Below, in pieces: positions 49,195 to 60,102 of a stretch of 64,000 nt of DNA; the stretch's first letter is position 1; the number at the start of each line of letters is the position of its first letter. Origin of the DNA: Nitrosopumilus sp. (GTDB lineage Archaea > Thermoproteota > Nitrososphaeria > Nitrososphaerales > Nitrosopumilaceae); the NCBI GenBank assembly GCA_965218785.1, contig OZ244650.1, positions 1,824,001-1,888,000 of the forward strand. Reading direction: 5' to 3'. The notes under the pieces are model-generated. The model did no database searches. It was not told the origin of the DNA and worked only from the letters and a program-made list of their open reading frames with translations. The translations under genes were made by a program, and so were the position numbers.

Positions 49195-49917
49195 TTAATG
49201 ATGATGCATGTGTTCCTGCATTGATGCCTCTGAGTATTGTTTAACAAGTTCATCATTAGAGAAGAATTTTTCTGATTTGCCGTGGAAAAACAGTGTTCGA
49301 TTCAGACATGCAACATGATCAGCTAGCTGATTTACCGCATCTAGATCATGTGAAGACCAGATGATTGTAATTTTTTGTCTAGAGTTTAGTTCGCGAAGGA
49401 TACTGTAGAACAGCTCTATGCTTTGTTGATCAATTCCTGTGACAGGCTCATCAAGAATCAGAATTTTTGGATTGTTGACCAGGGCTTTGGCAATAAAGAC
49501 CCGCTGCAGCTGTCCTCCGGATAACTCGCCGATTCTTCTGTGACCCAGCTCATGAATCCACAGCTGCTGCAGAATTTCATCAATCTTATCTTCATCAGAC
49601 TCTTTTCTCAGACCCATTCTCACAACATCAAGAACAGTTACGGGAAAATTCTTCTCAAAAACCGGTTTTTGTGGCACGTATCCAATCTCCTTGAGATAAT
49701 CCGTGGATTTCCTGATATCTTTGCCAAAAAATTTGACTGTACCCTTGTATTTTGTGTTAAGATTCAGCATTGCATCAAATAGTGTGGATTTGCCTGCCCC
49801 ATTAGGTCCAATTATGCCCAGAAAATCCCCCTGATTTACTACAAAGCTCACGGCATCCAGTGCCTTGACATCCGGATACTGAACTGTGAGATTGTCAATT
49901 TCAACTATTTTCAACAT
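49195..49917 (-). CDS. Zn/Mn ABC transporter ATPase (ZnuC-like)
   Basis: GPNGAGKS, GYVPQ, LSGGQ, LDEP, SHD; HMHHH tail. Confidence 0.93.
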   Translation of the reverse strand: MLKIVEIDNLTVQYPDVKALDAVSFVVNQGDFLGIIGPNGAGKSTLFDAMLNLNTKYKGTVKFFGKDIRKSTDYLKEIGYVPQKPVFEKNFPVTVLDVVRMGLRKESDEDKIDEILQQLWIHELGHRRIGELSGGQLQRVFIAKALVNNPKILILDEPVTGIDQQSIELFYSILRELNSRQKITIIWSSHDLDAVNQLADHVACLNRTLFFHGKSEKFFSNDELVKQYSEASMQEHMHHH

Positions 49918-50801
49918 AACGCCTCCTTTAGATTATTAAGATTCTCAGTCATTTTGGAAATATAGGTTCCTTCAGAAACAACTTCCAGCGGAGACAGAAC
50001 CAGGACACTTCCCCCTATTTCATCTGCAATAATTTCCGAGGTTCTAGGATCGGCAGTATCCTCATTAAAAATTATTTTGATGTCTAGTTCCTTTGATTTT
50101 GAGATTATATCTTCCAGTGTCTTTGCTGTTACTTCATGTGGAGCATTTGACGGAATTATCGCATGCTGATTCAGATCATATTGATCCGCAAAATATGAAA
50201 ACGCGTCATGAAATGCTACAAAATCAGATTTACAGTTTGATAACTCGTTTCTTATTTTTTGATCAAGCAAATCTAATTCTTTGATATATTCTGCCGCGTT
50301 TGATTGATAGTACTGTTGGTTTTGAGGATCAGAGTTGGAAAATGCGTTTGCAATGTTTTGTACCTGAATTTTTGCATAAACAGGATTTAACCAAATATGC
50401 GGATCTCCAGAATCATGATGATTCTCCTCTGTCAAAATTCCATTGCTTGTATCAATAATTTCTCCCTGATAACCGGCTTTGGCCAAATTTTCAACCCAGT
50501 TTTCAAAACCAATTCCATTAATGATTAAAAGATCAGCTGCCTGCATTTTTTGTACATCCTTGATTGTTGGTTCCCAGTCATGTGGTTCAATACCAGTCGG
50601 GACTAGTAAACTAACATCAACTTTGTCCCGTCCGACTATTTGTGAAAATTCATAGAGTGGATAAAATGATGAAATAACCTGCAGTTGTGAATTATCAGTT
50701 GTGATCAACTGCCGGCTCGAGTCAGTGCTATAAACTGCAATAGAGACAAGTGGAATTATTATCACTATTGCCAGGATTGCCAATTTAGTTTGAAGATTCA
50801 T
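49911..50801 (-). CDS. Zn/Mn ABC substrate-binding protein (ZnuA/AdcA-like)
   Basis: SFYPLY, EPHDWEP, DPHIWL, HDAFSYF; likely start MNLQTK. Confidence 0.92.
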   Translation of the reverse strand: MNLQTKLAILAIVIIIPLVSIAVYSTDSSRQLITTDNSQLQVISSFYPLYEFSQIVGRDKVDVSLLVPTGIEPHDWEPTIKDVQKMQAADLLIINGIGFENWVENLAKAGYQGEIIDTSNGILTEENHHDSGDPHIWLNPVYAKIQVQNIANAFSNSDPQNQQYYQSNAAEYIKELDLLDQKIRNELSNCKSDFVAFHDAFSYFADQYDLNQHAIIPSNAPHEVTAKTLEDIISKSKELDIKIIFNEDTADPRTSEIIADEIGGSVLVLSPLEVVSEGTYISKMTENLNNLKEALC

Positions 50802-50811
50802 CACCCGATTC

Positions 50812-50886
50812 ATACATAAATTATTAATAAATGTATAAAATGTTAATAACATTGATTGCTAAACTTATAAGATAATTAATAACATT
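50812..50886. promoter_or_regulatory. Candidate operator region between divergent znuA-like and nikR-like genes
   Basis: AATGTTA-A-TAACATT palindrome (50839-50853); ATACAT-N13-ATGTAT (50812-50836); TTAATAACATT repeated at 50876. Confidence 0.5.
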
Positions 50887-50892
50887 AGGCGT

Positions 50893-51276
50893 ATGCCAAT
50901 AGTCTCAATCTCATTAAATGACGAAATTCTCTCAGAATTAGACAAGCTGCAATCAACTCTGGGATTCTCAGGCCGGTCTGAGGCCATCAGGGCAGGAATT
51001 AGATCATTTGTTTCTGAAGAAAAACAAAAATCAGATCTGTCCGGAGACATTCATGCAATTCTTCTAGTTGTACATAATGATGAATTCGATCACGTTGTTT
51101 CAGGCCTTACTCATAATTTCGAGGATCTGATTATAACACATCTTCATAGTAAGATTGACAAGGAGAAATGTATGGAGCTGTTCGTTATTAATGGCGATGC
51201 AGAAAAAGTATCCACAATGACAAAGGATTTCCAGACTAACAAAAACATGGATACTGTAAAGCTAGTCGCACTTTAG
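50893..51276 (+). CDS. NikR-family ribbon-helix-helix metalloregulator
   Basis: IVSISL, SGRSEAIR; VH...THLH..C.E ligand set. Confidence 0.88.
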   Translation: MPIVSISLNDEILSELDKLQSTLGFSGRSEAIRAGIRSFVSEEKQKSDLSGDIHAILLVVHNDEFDHVVSGLTHNFEDLIITHLHSKIDKEKCMELFVINGDAEKVSTMTKDFQTNKNMDTVKLVAL

Positions 51277-52634
51277 ATACTAAATGAGCTTCGTTTGGCA
51301 GCAAGAATCATGCCAGTTACTGATGTAACAAAAACAAGTAATGCGATGGTTCCAAATTCCGGAGTTACGACAATTCCAAACGCCGTCTCCTGACCCGTAT
51401 TTCTGATGTTTTCAAATTTTATCATCATAGGACCTGTCTGATCCTCGGCAAACGTGAATTTTTCAAAATCACCTCCAACCTGTGCCGTACCTGACGCACG
51501 ATGGATTTCCTTTCCATTTTGGATAATTACAAACGTATAATCAGAATTTCTCAACGGTTCACCGGTGGCTCCGTCTCTTATGGTAAAAACAAAATTTGTA
51601 TCAACACCTGGTTCTATCTCAAGGGGATCCCAGGAAAGATTCAGCTGAAAGTCCTCGCTTTTTGTATATGCAATCAAGGGAAAGCCGATCTCGTCACTGG
51701 TAGATAATCTAAATGCGATATTATCAGGCAGCGGCTCGTCTGATTTTTTCATTTCATTTTTTAAAATTCGAAGATGATCCTGTAACAAAACAAAGTGGAC
51801 TATTCTTTCATCATCTTCTGTGTAATCATCAATAGTTACAGAAGACTTGAATAATTTGATTCCGTTTGCGTGTCCGGTATAGCTAGTGGAGAATAGCTCG
51901 GCAAAATCTTTTGGAAAGTGAACCTCTACATGAATGATGGAAACATGGGACAGATGTTTTTCACTCCAGTCAAATGGCATCTCAAATGTAACCTGTTTGG
52001 TCTCAGGGTCGTACTCAAAATTGGAGATTTTATCAAAATATGACTTTATACTAAATTCCACATCATTATCTTCTGCATCCTTTTGGGTATGAAAAGTAGT
52101 CTCAATTACGCTCAAATCAGCATTATATGTTCCAGAATTCTCTATGATGTTGGTTGGTTCATCTATGGTTCGTACCTCGATTTCAAAGGTATACAACCCA
52201 CCCGCACTAAAAAGCGGACCGGCAATTTCAATGGGGTTTGATTCTGTTCCATGCCAGGCACCAAGCAGGGAATCCTGCTCCCCGTTAATCACAAGATTAT
52301 CAAATTCCTGGTTTGGCATTATCTTAATAGGCAGCACGCCGTTATCTGTAAAGAAATAATTTCTAAAAATCATCTCACCATTGTGGAATAATCCAATCAG
52401 AAACGTAACATTTTTTGCGTTTTCCTGGGTTTTATCCTCAATTGCAGTAATTGTGATCTGCTCTTGATCGTTTTCAAAATATAACGGCATCTCAACTGAG
52501 ATTGTGATATCCTTTCCCTGAATATCAATTGACGGGATGGTGTCAATTCCCAACCCGTGACCGTAAGCACTGCCTGCCGGAAACAACAAACCGATGGCCA
52601 GTGCAAATACTCCAAGTTTTATTAATAACAACAT
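51273..52634 (-). CDS. Secreted surface protein (predicted mature N-terminus HGLG) with PEFG-CTERM
   Basis: AYG|HGLGID; SYFD..F.YD..VTFEMPFDW..IHVE; TPEFG + TM. Confidence 0.85.
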   Translation of the reverse strand: MLLLIKLGVFALAIGLLFPAGSAYGHGLGIDTIPSIDIQGKDITISVEMPLYFENDQEQITITAIEDKTQENAKNVTFLIGLFHNGEMIFRNYFFTDNGVLPIKIMPNQEFDNLVINGEQDSLLGAWHGTESNPIEIAGPLFSAGGLYTFEIEVRTIDEPTNIIENSGTYNADLSVIETTFHTQKDAEDNDVEFSIKSYFDKISNFEYDPETKQVTFEMPFDWSEKHLSHVSIIHVEVHFPKDFAELFSTSYTGHANGIKLFKSSVTIDDYTEDDERIVHFVLLQDHLRILKNEMKKSDEPLPDNIAFRLSTSDEIGFPLIAYTKSEDFQLNLSWDPLEIEPGVDTNFVFTIRDGATGEPLRNSDYTFVIIQNGKEIHRASGTAQVGGDFEKFTFAEDQTGPMMIKFENIRNTGQETAFGIVVTPEFGTIALLVFVTSVTGMILAAKRSSFSI

Positions 52635-52653
52635 TTTTTCATCTCATCTCCAA

Positions 52654-53367
52654 CTATCTCACTGTTAATAATTCTCTTACGTTCTGAATTAAATCTTTCA
52701 TTGATGTGGATTCCAAGATAGGCTGAAGATCGTCTGGAACCTTTGCACCAAGTGAGGATAGTGAATAGACATAATCAATTGTAGGCGTATCAGTCGTAAG
52801 ATAGTATTGTTCCAAGACGTGATCTAGTGCATGAGGTTCAACAACCTCTGGCAGTGTCTGGGCAATGATTTTGTCCTTCCACAATGCAACTAGTTCTTCC
52901 CATTGTTCTAGTGAAATACTTTGATCAATTTCTGGAATCATTTCAACCTCAGCCCGGATGTACAGCTTTTCCTCTGTTCCAATTTTTTCATGCATGTCGG
53001 ATATTTCTTGATGTCCCTCCACCGAAAGTGGATCGTAATTTACAGGCTGGGGAATTGATGGGGCAATGATCTTTTTAATTTTAAACGAGTTTCTGCCCAG
53101 TGTTTCAATGTGTAATTGCAATCCATCAAGTTGGAGATCTTTACATTTTGTGATTTTAACAATCGTTCCAACCAGTCTGGGAGAGTTCCAGCCATTAACG
53201 GAGTTTTGTTCATCAATCAGGCACACTCCGAATTGACCGTCACCTAGCATGCAATCATCAACTAGCTGCTTGTAACGGGGCTCGAATATTCGAAGTGGGA
53301 GTTCCTGTCTGGGAAATAAAACCAAATCCAGGGGAAATACAGGAATTATTTTTGTCTGTGACAACAA
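52654..53367 (-). CDS. LON peptidase substrate-binding domain protein
   Basis: IPVFPL..VLFP..LPLRIFEPRY. Confidence 0.9.
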   Translation of the reverse strand: MLSQTKIIPVFPLDLVLFPRQELPLRIFEPRYKQLVDDCMLGDGQFGVCLIDEQNSVNGWNSPRLVGTIVKITKCKDLQLDGLQLHIETLGRNSFKIKKIIAPSIPQPVNYDPLSVEGHQEISDMHEKIGTEEKLYIRAEVEMIPEIDQSISLEQWEELVALWKDKIIAQTLPEVVEPHALDHVLEQYYLTTDTPTIDYVYSLSSLGAKVPDDLQPILESTSMKDLIQNVRELLTVR

Positions 53368-53412
53368 CCATATTGAAATGTCTCCAGATATATGGAATAC
53401 GGATTAAGACAA

Positions 53413-54342
53413 CTAGAATCCGTTTTCATTGAGGATCAGGCCTAGAAGGGCCGCACGTGTATGTTTTCCATATTCGGCCTGTTTGAAATATTTGGCATTT
53501 TTTGTACTATCAACATCAGTTGAGATTTCATCTATTCTTGGCAGCGGATGCAAGATTATGGAATCATCTTTCATCTGTTTTAACAAATCCAGTCCTACGA
53601 TGTAACTGCCCTTTACTTTGAGATATTCCTCTTCATCGGGGAATCTCTCCTTTTGTATTCTTGTTACATAAAGAACGTCAAGGTCATCAATGTGTTCTTC
53701 AATGTTAGTTGATTCGGTAAAATCCAACCTCTTTTTGATTTCATAAATTGAATCAGAACGTATCCTAAGGGACTCTGGAGAGATTAAATGGACATCAACG
53801 TCATAGTTTCCCAGTCCGTACAACAGGGAATAAACAGTCCGCCCGTATTTTAGATCCCCGACAATTCCAATCTTTAGTCCGTCAATCTTTTTCTTTTCTT
53901 TTTTAATTGTAAACAGGTCTTGAATTGCCTGTGTTGGATGCTCCTCCGTACCACTGCCCGCATTAATTACAGGTTTGTCTGAAACTTCGGCTGCAAATCT
54001 ACTAGAACCATCCAGTGGATGTCGTAAAACAAGAATGTCCGAATAGATGGACATGATGCGAACGGTATCTGCAAGACTCTCACCTTTCTGGGTCGATGAG
54101 GATGACATGTCGGCAATTCCCAGCGAGTTTCCACCAACTGATGCCATGGCCGCATCAAAGCTAAGGCGGGTCCTGGTACTTGGCTCATAAAACAGGTATC
54201 CCAATGTTCTTCCCCTGCAGATCTCCCTTCTGTCAGCAGGGCTCATCTGCATCATCTTCTCAGTTGATGAAAAAATTTTTTCGAACTGCTCCTTGTTATA
54301 ATCCTTAATCGAGATAATATCTTTCTGATGAAATTCGTTCAC
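53413..54342 (-). CDS. pyrB: Aspartate carbamoyltransferase catalytic subunit
   Basis: FYEPSTRTR, HPTQ, GDLKYGRTV, HPLPR. Confidence 0.96.
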   Translation of the reverse strand: MNEFHQKDIISIKDYNKEQFEKIFSSTEKMMQMSPADRREICRGRTLGYLFYEPSTRTRLSFDAAMASVGGNSLGIADMSSSSTQKGESLADTVRIMSIYSDILVLRHPLDGSSRFAAEVSDKPVINAGSGTEEHPTQAIQDLFTIKKEKKKIDGLKIGIVGDLKYGRTVYSLLYGLGNYDVDVHLISPESLRIRSDSIYEIKKRLDFTESTNIEEHIDDLDVLYVTRIQKERFPDEEEYLKVKGSYIVGLDLLKQMKDDSIILHPLPRIDEISTDVDSTKNAKYFKQAEYGKHTRAALLGLILNENGF

Positions 54343-54383
54343 TCTTTCAATGATATATACAAGAGACTATACAAAGTATTCTG

Positions 54384-54845
54384 ATGGAGCAGTCCGAACT
54401 CATGGTTCGACGAATCAAGGAAGGTACTGTAATTGACCATATTGACGAGGGCAAGGGTCTTCAGGTGCTCAACGCGCTGAGAATTGACGGAAAGGATGGA
54501 AGCCTGATTACCATAGCCCTGAATGTTCCAAGCGGTAAATTCAAGAAAAAAGACATCATAAAGGTTGAGAACAAGTTCCTAAAAGACGATGATACAAACA
54601 AGCTTGCAGTAATTGTCCCAAAGGCGACTATCAACATGATAAAAGACTACAAGCTTGTTGAGAAAAGAAGGGTGTCACTACCAAACGAAATAGACAGGAT
54701 ATTTCGATGCTCAAATCCGGATTGCATCACAAACAGTACTGAACACATCGAATCTGTAATGGATGTAGTTGACAGGGAAGGAAGGGTGCTCAAATGCAGG
54801 TACTGCGCAAGAGTTTTGGATGTTGACAAGTTAAAATATAATTAA
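54384..54845 (+). CDS. pyrI: Aspartate carbamoyltransferase regulatory subunit
   Basis: GTVIDHI, KKDIIK, CSNPDCIT, CRYC. Confidence 0.96.
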   Translation: MEQSELMVRRIKEGTVIDHIDEGKGLQVLNALRIDGKDGSLITIALNVPSGKFKKKDIIKVENKFLKDDDTNKLAVIVPKATINMIKDYKLVEKRRVSLPNEIDRIFRCSNPDCITNSTEHIESVMDVVDREGRVLKCRYCARVLDVDKLKYN

Positions 54846-54870
54846 ATGAAAAATTTGAAAAAGAACTGGT

Positions 54871-55185
54871 TTATTGTCCCAAGATGATAAACATCATGAC
54901 TATACCATAGATGGCAATTGATTCTACCATTCCTACAAAGATGAATACTTTGGACTGTAATGCGGGATTCTCACTAATTACTGCAAGACCTGCCGCACCT
55001 ACCTGACCTAAACCAACACCGGCACCGCCTGCGGCAACACCAAATGCTATACCAGCACCAATTAACTTGGAACCATCAGACATGCCACCAGTCTCTCCTT
55101 CCTCGGCAGCATATGCCATATCTGTAAGACCGGAAGCTACTAGTGTAATGGCCGCTACTGTTAACAATAAAACTATAGGTTTCAT
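54871..55185 (-). CDS. atpK: A-type ATP synthase subunit K (c, proteolipid)
   Basis: Leader plus one hairpin; GAGVGLG, ENP, VESIAIYG. Confidence 0.93.
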   Translation of the reverse strand: MKPIVLLLTVAAITLVASGLTDMAYAAEEGETGGMSDGSKLIGAGIAFGVAAGGAGVGLGQVGAAGLAVISENPALQSKVFIFVGMVESIAIYGIVMMFIILGQ

Positions 55186-55238
55186 CTGTGTTTGGATTCC
55201 TTATAGTTCCATATTTAAATCATGATGACGTTCAAACA

Positions 55239-55370
55239 CTAAATTTGATCAAGTGTTTTCTTTTTGAATGATTGTAAATCGTTTCGGATGGATTCTGTAA
55301 AGTTCATCTGATCCTTGTCTAGTTCGTTTTTAGAACTTTGCAGTAATTTTTTGATTTCTTCTTTTGCCAT
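55239..55370 (-). CDS. 43-aa helical micro-protein between atpD and atpK (not in ORF track)
   Basis: MAKEEIKKLLQSSKNELDKDQMNFTESIRNDLQSFKKKTLDQI; TAATG overlap with the atpD stop. Confidence 0.72.
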   Translation of the reverse strand: MAKEEIKKLLQSSKNELDKDQMNFTESIRNDLQSFKKKTLDQI

Positions 55371-56002
55371 TATTTCCTACTTTCCATCTTTGCCTTCACT
55401 TTTTTTAACTTTGCGAATTCCTCCCTCTCTCTTTCCTCAAGAGTGGCAAGAATGAATCGAATTTTTTGCTGATATTGGGGAATAATTACATTTTCAAGCG
55501 CATTTAGCAGTTTTTGGGTCTTTTCTAATGCTTTTGCAAGACTAAAGATAGAATTTTCATATTCTGCTGCCTTGCAAATTTTTGGAAGCAGTTCCTTGAT
55601 TTGTTTTGCGGCCCTATCAATTGACGAGTTCGTATCGGCAAATCCGTAGGGCATTGATTTTTCATCTTTTTCTGTAACAGATAATGCCGGAATTTTTACA
55701 TCAACGACCCTGCGTATGTTAACATCCACCTCCATTACAGGCGGGGTGGATTCGGCAACAGAATCAACTGTGTCAGAGCCCAGGGCCAGATATGCCTCAT
55801 TGACTGATTTGTAGATATCCTGCAGGGGATCCCAGATTCCCCCCCTTGCCTTGGATGCCTCTTCAATCATCTCCTCGATGTTCTTCAAGAGAACCTTGCG
55901 TTTGTCATCTAGGATTTTCTGGACCATTACGGCGACCTGGCTGGATTTTTTATATTTTAAGAGTTCAATCTTTGTGGCTGCAACATTTTGTCCAAATGAC
56001 AT
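55370..56002 (-). CDS. atpD: A-type ATP synthase subunit D
   Basis: ATKIELL, LDDKR, NALENVIIP, LEEREREEF. Confidence 0.95.
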   Translation of the reverse strand: MSFGQNVAATKIELLKYKKSSQVAVMVQKILDDKRKVLLKNIEEMIEEASKARGGIWDPLQDIYKSVNEAYLALGSDTVDSVAESTPPVMEVDVNIRRVVDVKIPALSVTEKDEKSMPYGFADTNSSIDRAAKQIKELLPKICKAAEYENSIFSLAKALEKTQKLLNALENVIIPQYQQKIRFILATLEEREREEFAKLKKVKAKMESRK

Positions 56003-56006
56003 TTTA

Positions 56007-57392
56007 CTACTTTTCCTGATAATACTGATCTATGAACTTGTCTTTGATTTTGGTAATCTCGTTTCTTGGAAGTTTGGAGACAATCTTCCATAAAACACCG
56101 AGTGTTTCTTCAATGGTTCTATTCTCATCTGTAGCTTGTGTGAGGAATTCCTTTTCAAAGACATCACCGACATCCATGTATTTCAAATCAATCTCAGTCA
56201 GTCCGGCTTTACCGACAATTCCTGCCAGTGCCCTTACTTCCTGTGCCCTAGAATATGCATCATAAACCTGATTGGATATTTCACTGTGATCTTCTCTGGT
56301 ACTTCCTTTGCCGATTCCGTCCTTCATCAGTCTGCTAAGACTCATCAGAATGTTGACTGGCGGGTAAACTCCCTGTCTGAACAGGTCCCTGCCAAGCACT
56401 ACCTGTCCTTCTGTAATGTAGCCGGTAAGATCCGGGATTGGATGTGTAATATCATCAGATGGCATTGATAGAATTGGAACTTGGGTGACACTGCCTTTTC
56501 TTCCGTTTAGCTTGCCTGCTCTTTCATAGATTGTTGAAAGATCGGTGTAAAGATAGCCTGGATATCCCTTTCTTCCTGGAACCTCTTCTCTTGCGGCACT
56601 AATCTCTCGGAGTGCTTCTGCATAGTTTGTCATGTCAGTTAGTATAACTAGAACGTGCATTCCCAACTCAAATGCCAGATATTCTGCCACAGTCAGTGCC
56701 ACACGGGGAGTGATAATTCTTTCAATTGCAGGATCATCTGCCGTGTTAAGGAACAGAACGCTTCTTTTTAGTGCGCCTGATTCTTCGAGGCTGCGTTTGA
56801 AATATTCTGCCTCGCTGTACTGCACGCCGATTGCTGCAAACACCACGGCAAAGTCATCATCAGTACCAACGACGCTTGCCTGTCTTGCAATTTGTGCTGC
56901 CAGAAGGTTGTGCGACATGCCAGAACCGGAAAATATTGGAAGTTTCTGTCCCCTGACTAGTGTGATCATTCCGTCAATTACAGAAACTCCGGTCTGAATA
57001 AAGTCCTTAGGATATTCACGTTGTTCAGGGTTCATGGGTTCGCCATTAATGTCGATGAATTGATCAGCGATTGGATCTGGCAGTCCGTCTTTTGGTCTTC
57101 CCAATCCATCAAAGACTCTGCCAAGTACCTCCTTTGATACCGGCATCTCCATGACTTTGCCGACAAATTTTGCATTAGTTCCAGAGATGGATAGTCCGGT
57201 GGTTCCCTCAAAGACTTGGACGATTGCCTTGCCATTTCCTACTTCGAGGACCTTGCCCAGCCGTCTTTCACCTTCATTGGTCTCGATTTCTACAAGTTCG
57301 TCAAATGCGGCATTTTCAACATCATCAACAATTACCAGCGGTCCCTTGATTTCTGCAATCTTGCTGTATTGAACCCCGCCTTTTGTGGTCAA
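56007..57392 (-). CDS. atpB: A-type ATP synthase subunit B
   Basis: [39 protein letters not shown]. Confidence 0.97.
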   Translation of the reverse strand: MTTKGGVQYSKIAEIKGPLVIVDDVENAAFDELVEIETNEGERRLGKVLEVGNGKAIVQVFEGTTGLSISGTNAKFVGKVMEMPVSKEVLGRVFDGLGRPKDGLPDPIADQFIDINGEPMNPEQREYPKDFIQTGVSVIDGMITLVRGQKLPIFSGSGMSHNLLAAQIARQASVVGTDDDFAVVFAAIGVQYSEAEYFKRSLEESGALKRSVLFLNTADDPAIERIITPRVALTVAEYLAFELGMHVLVILTDMTNYAEALREISAAREEVPGRKGYPGYLYTDLSTIYERAGKLNGRKGSVTQVPILSMPSDDITHPIPDLTGYITEGQVVLGRDLFRQGVYPPVNILMSLSRLMKDGIGKGSTREDHSEISNQVYDAYSRAQEVRALAGIVGKAGLTEIDLKYMDVGDVFEKEFLTQATDENRTIEETLGVLWKIVSKLPRNEITKIKDKFIDQYYQEK

Positions 57393-59167
57393 TTTGATAC
57401 TTTCACTCCGGTAATTGATTTGAATTGTTCTTGCATGTCAGTTTGCAACTGGTCAAGTTTGGAAACCTCGTCATCTTTGATGTCCATTCTTGCCTTGAGA
57501 ATTGAAGAGACGATGGACATTTCACGAATATCAGATAGTGTCGCACCTTCCTTTAGTGCTTGCTTGCCCTTTCTGTAAAAGTCAACTAGTAGTTTCAATA
57601 GTTTGTATTGTTTTTCTGGACTGCAATAAGTATCGACATCATCAAATGAGTTTTGTTGTAAAAGACCAATCTTGATCATTCTTGCAACTTCAAGAATTAA
57701 TTTTTCCTCATCAGGCAGTGCTTCAGGACCTAAGAGTCTGACAATTTCTTTTAGTGTGTCTTCTCTTTGTAAGACTCCATATGCCTCACTTCTAAGACTC
57801 AGCCAGTCCTCACTGATGTTCTCGCTCCACCATTTTGCAATGTCGGCAAGATAACCAGAATAGCTGTTCATCCAGTTGATTGATGGGTAATGTCTAGAGT
57901 ATGCCAGTTTTGCATCCAAGGCCCAGAAAGTTTTGATAAATCTCATTGTATGAGTTGTCACCGGCTCTGTAAAGTCGCCGCCTGATGGAGATACAGCACC
58001 CACCAGGGTAACTGAGCCGTCGCGGTCCGGACTGCCTGTCGCCCTTACACGGCCTGCCCTTTCATAAAATTCTGCCAGTCTTGACGCAAGATATGATGGA
58101 TATCCCTCTTCTGCGGGCATTTCTTCTAATCTGCCGCTCATTTCTCTGAGTGCCTCGGCCCATCTGCTTGTGGAATCTGCTACAAGTACAACGTCTTTGC
58201 CCATGTCTCTGTAGTATTCTGCAATTGTTACGCCGGTGTAGATACTTGCCTCTCTTGCCGCCACTGGCATGTTACTAGTGTTTGCGACAAGTACGGTTCT
58301 GTCCATAAGTGGTTTTCCACTACGTGGATCTTTAAGATGTGGGAATTCAACTAATACTTCAGTCATCTCGTTTCCCCTCTCACCGCAGCCAATGTAGACA
58401 ACAACTTGTGAATCTGCCCATTTTGCAATTTGGTGCAATGTAACGGTCTTTCCTGTTCCAAATGCCCCTGGAATTGAACCGGTTCCGCCTTTTGCAATTG
58501 GGAAAAATGTGTCTATAACACGTTGACCCGTAAGTAATGGAATCGTAGGATCGTATCGGTTCTTGTATGGACGGGGTTTTCTAACAGGCCATCTGTGATA
58601 CATTTTAAGTTCAATTTTTTGACCCTCGTTTTCTGTTGTTGCCAAAACAGTTTCTAAATCATAATCTCCTTCAGATACAATGTTTGAAAGTTTTCCACCT
58701 GGATGATCCGGTGGAACCATGATAGAGTGCTCGATAAGATCGGTTTCTTGAACGGTTCCAATTACGTTTCCTGCAGAAACTTGATCGCCGTTATTTACCG
58801 TTGGAACAAAGTGATATTTCTTGGTCATATCCACCGGAGTTGTAACAATACCTCTTCCGATGAATGAACCGGATGCCTTGGATAGTTCCCTTAGTGGTCT
58901 TTGAATTCCATCGTAAAGCTGTCCGATGATTCCAGGACCTAACAATACACTAAGTGGATTTCCGGTACCAACTACGGGCTCGCCTGGCTTTAATCCGCTC
59001 GTTGATTCATAAACCTGAACAAATGCCACATCACCGGTTAATCGAATTACCTCGCCTACTAGTTTGGAATTGCCAACGGTTACAGTTTCATACATTTTTG
59101 CATCAGACATACCGTCTGCTCTTACTGCCGGGCCGCTTACCCAAACAATTCTACCTTGAGCTGCCAT
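57389..59167 (-). CDS. atpA: A-type ATP synthase subunit A
   Basis: [24 protein letters not shown]; likely start MAAQGR; no intein. Confidence 0.97.
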   Translation of the reverse strand: MAAQGRIVWVSGPAVRADGMSDAKMYETVTVGNSKLVGEVIRLTGDVAFVQVYESTSGLKPGEPVVGTGNPLSVLLGPGIIGQLYDGIQRPLRELSKASGSFIGRGIVTTPVDMTKKYHFVPTVNNGDQVSAGNVIGTVQETDLIEHSIMVPPDHPGGKLSNIVSEGDYDLETVLATTENEGQKIELKMYHRWPVRKPRPYKNRYDPTIPLLTGQRVIDTFFPIAKGGTGSIPGAFGTGKTVTLHQIAKWADSQVVVYIGCGERGNEMTEVLVEFPHLKDPRSGKPLMDRTVLVANTSNMPVAAREASIYTGVTIAEYYRDMGKDVVLVADSTSRWAEALREMSGRLEEMPAEEGYPSYLASRLAEFYERAGRVRATGSPDRDGSVTLVGAVSPSGGDFTEPVTTHTMRFIKTFWALDAKLAYSRHYPSINWMNSYSGYLADIAKWWSENISEDWLSLRSEAYGVLQREDTLKEIVRLLGPEALPDEEKLILEVARMIKIGLLQQNSFDDVDTYCSPEKQYKLLKLLVDFYRKGKQALKEGATLSDIREMSIVSSILKARMDIKDDEVSKLDQLQTDMQEQFKSITGVKVSN

Positions 59168-59168
59168 A

Positions 59169-59753
59169 CTAATTTCCCACTCCGAACTTGGATGCAATTG
59201 CCTTCCTTATTAAAGGCTTCATGCGTTCAATTCTCGCATCAATGGTATTATCAAATGTCATTGCACCGTCTTTGGATTTTACAACAACTCCGCCGATGCA
59301 GTCAATTGTTTCAGACGACAACTCTGCTTCGGGGAATTTGGATAATGCTGATTGGACTGCATTTCTGTCCTTGGCATTTGTAAAAACGGTTATTTTGGAT
59401 GTTTCCAAGATTTTAGTTGATTCATCTAACAGGGTCTTAATCAGACCCGAATGATCTTCGCTTTTAATTTGATCCAATGCCTTTGAAAAGACCCTGTCAA
59501 CTGCCTCCTCTAATACCATCAGTTCCTTGTTTCTAGCCTCCAGATCGGAGCTGCCAATGATCTGTTTTTCGATTTTATCGGCCTCTTTGTTTCCATTTGA
59601 GATAATCTTGTCATATTCCTGCTCTAGCTTGGAGAGTGCGTCATCTAGTGTTTTTCTGGAATTTGAGCCTGAATTTTCGAGATCGGTGAGGAACTCATGC
59701 TCCGTTTTCTTTAGAATTTTATCTATAGCTTGTTCTAATGCCAAATTTGCCAA
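59169..59753 (-). CDS. atpE: A-type ATP synthase subunit E
   Basis: Helical N-half; IGGVVV..DG...DNTIDAR. Confidence 0.92.
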   Translation of the reverse strand: MANLALEQAIDKILKKTEHEFLTDLENSGSNSRKTLDDALSKLEQEYDKIISNGNKEADKIEKQIIGSSDLEARNKELMVLEEAVDRVFSKALDQIKSEDHSGLIKTLLDESTKILETSKITVFTNAKDRNAVQSALSKFPEAELSSETIDCIGGVVVKSKDGAMTFDNTIDARIERMKPLIRKAIASKFGVGN

Positions 59754-59834
59754 TATGTGGCGATTATTTAATAATAGATTTTAATGTTTGGGACTGATTG
59801 GGATGTTCTAAAACCACAATTCAGATTTGGATTC

Positions 59835-60102
59835 GGGGTTTTGTGTAATCTTAGAGATCTCAGGATTGAACCATTCTGGCGGTTCTGGCGCAAAATACTG
59901 ATCTGATATCAGGATACATCAGAAACTGAGAAAAACAGGTAATGAAGATGATCTCTCATTACACAACCCAAAGTTTGTTATGAATACATACAAGAGGTCA
60001 TAGCATATCGGGAGGATTAGAGCGGAAACAGCATATCGTTGGAGGAATTTCATTTCAAACAGAAAAAAGACGTAATTAACTTGATGGAAGCGCCATAACA
60101 AA
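59835..60102. other. Structured non-coding element
   Basis: TGTGTAAT..AGAGATC pairs with GATCTCT..ATTACACA; TTTGTTATG/CATAACAAA. Confidence 0.35.

Noticed and set aside
26840-59167. Inteins in NrdJ or AtpA
   Set aside because: Normal lengths and no intein terminal motifs
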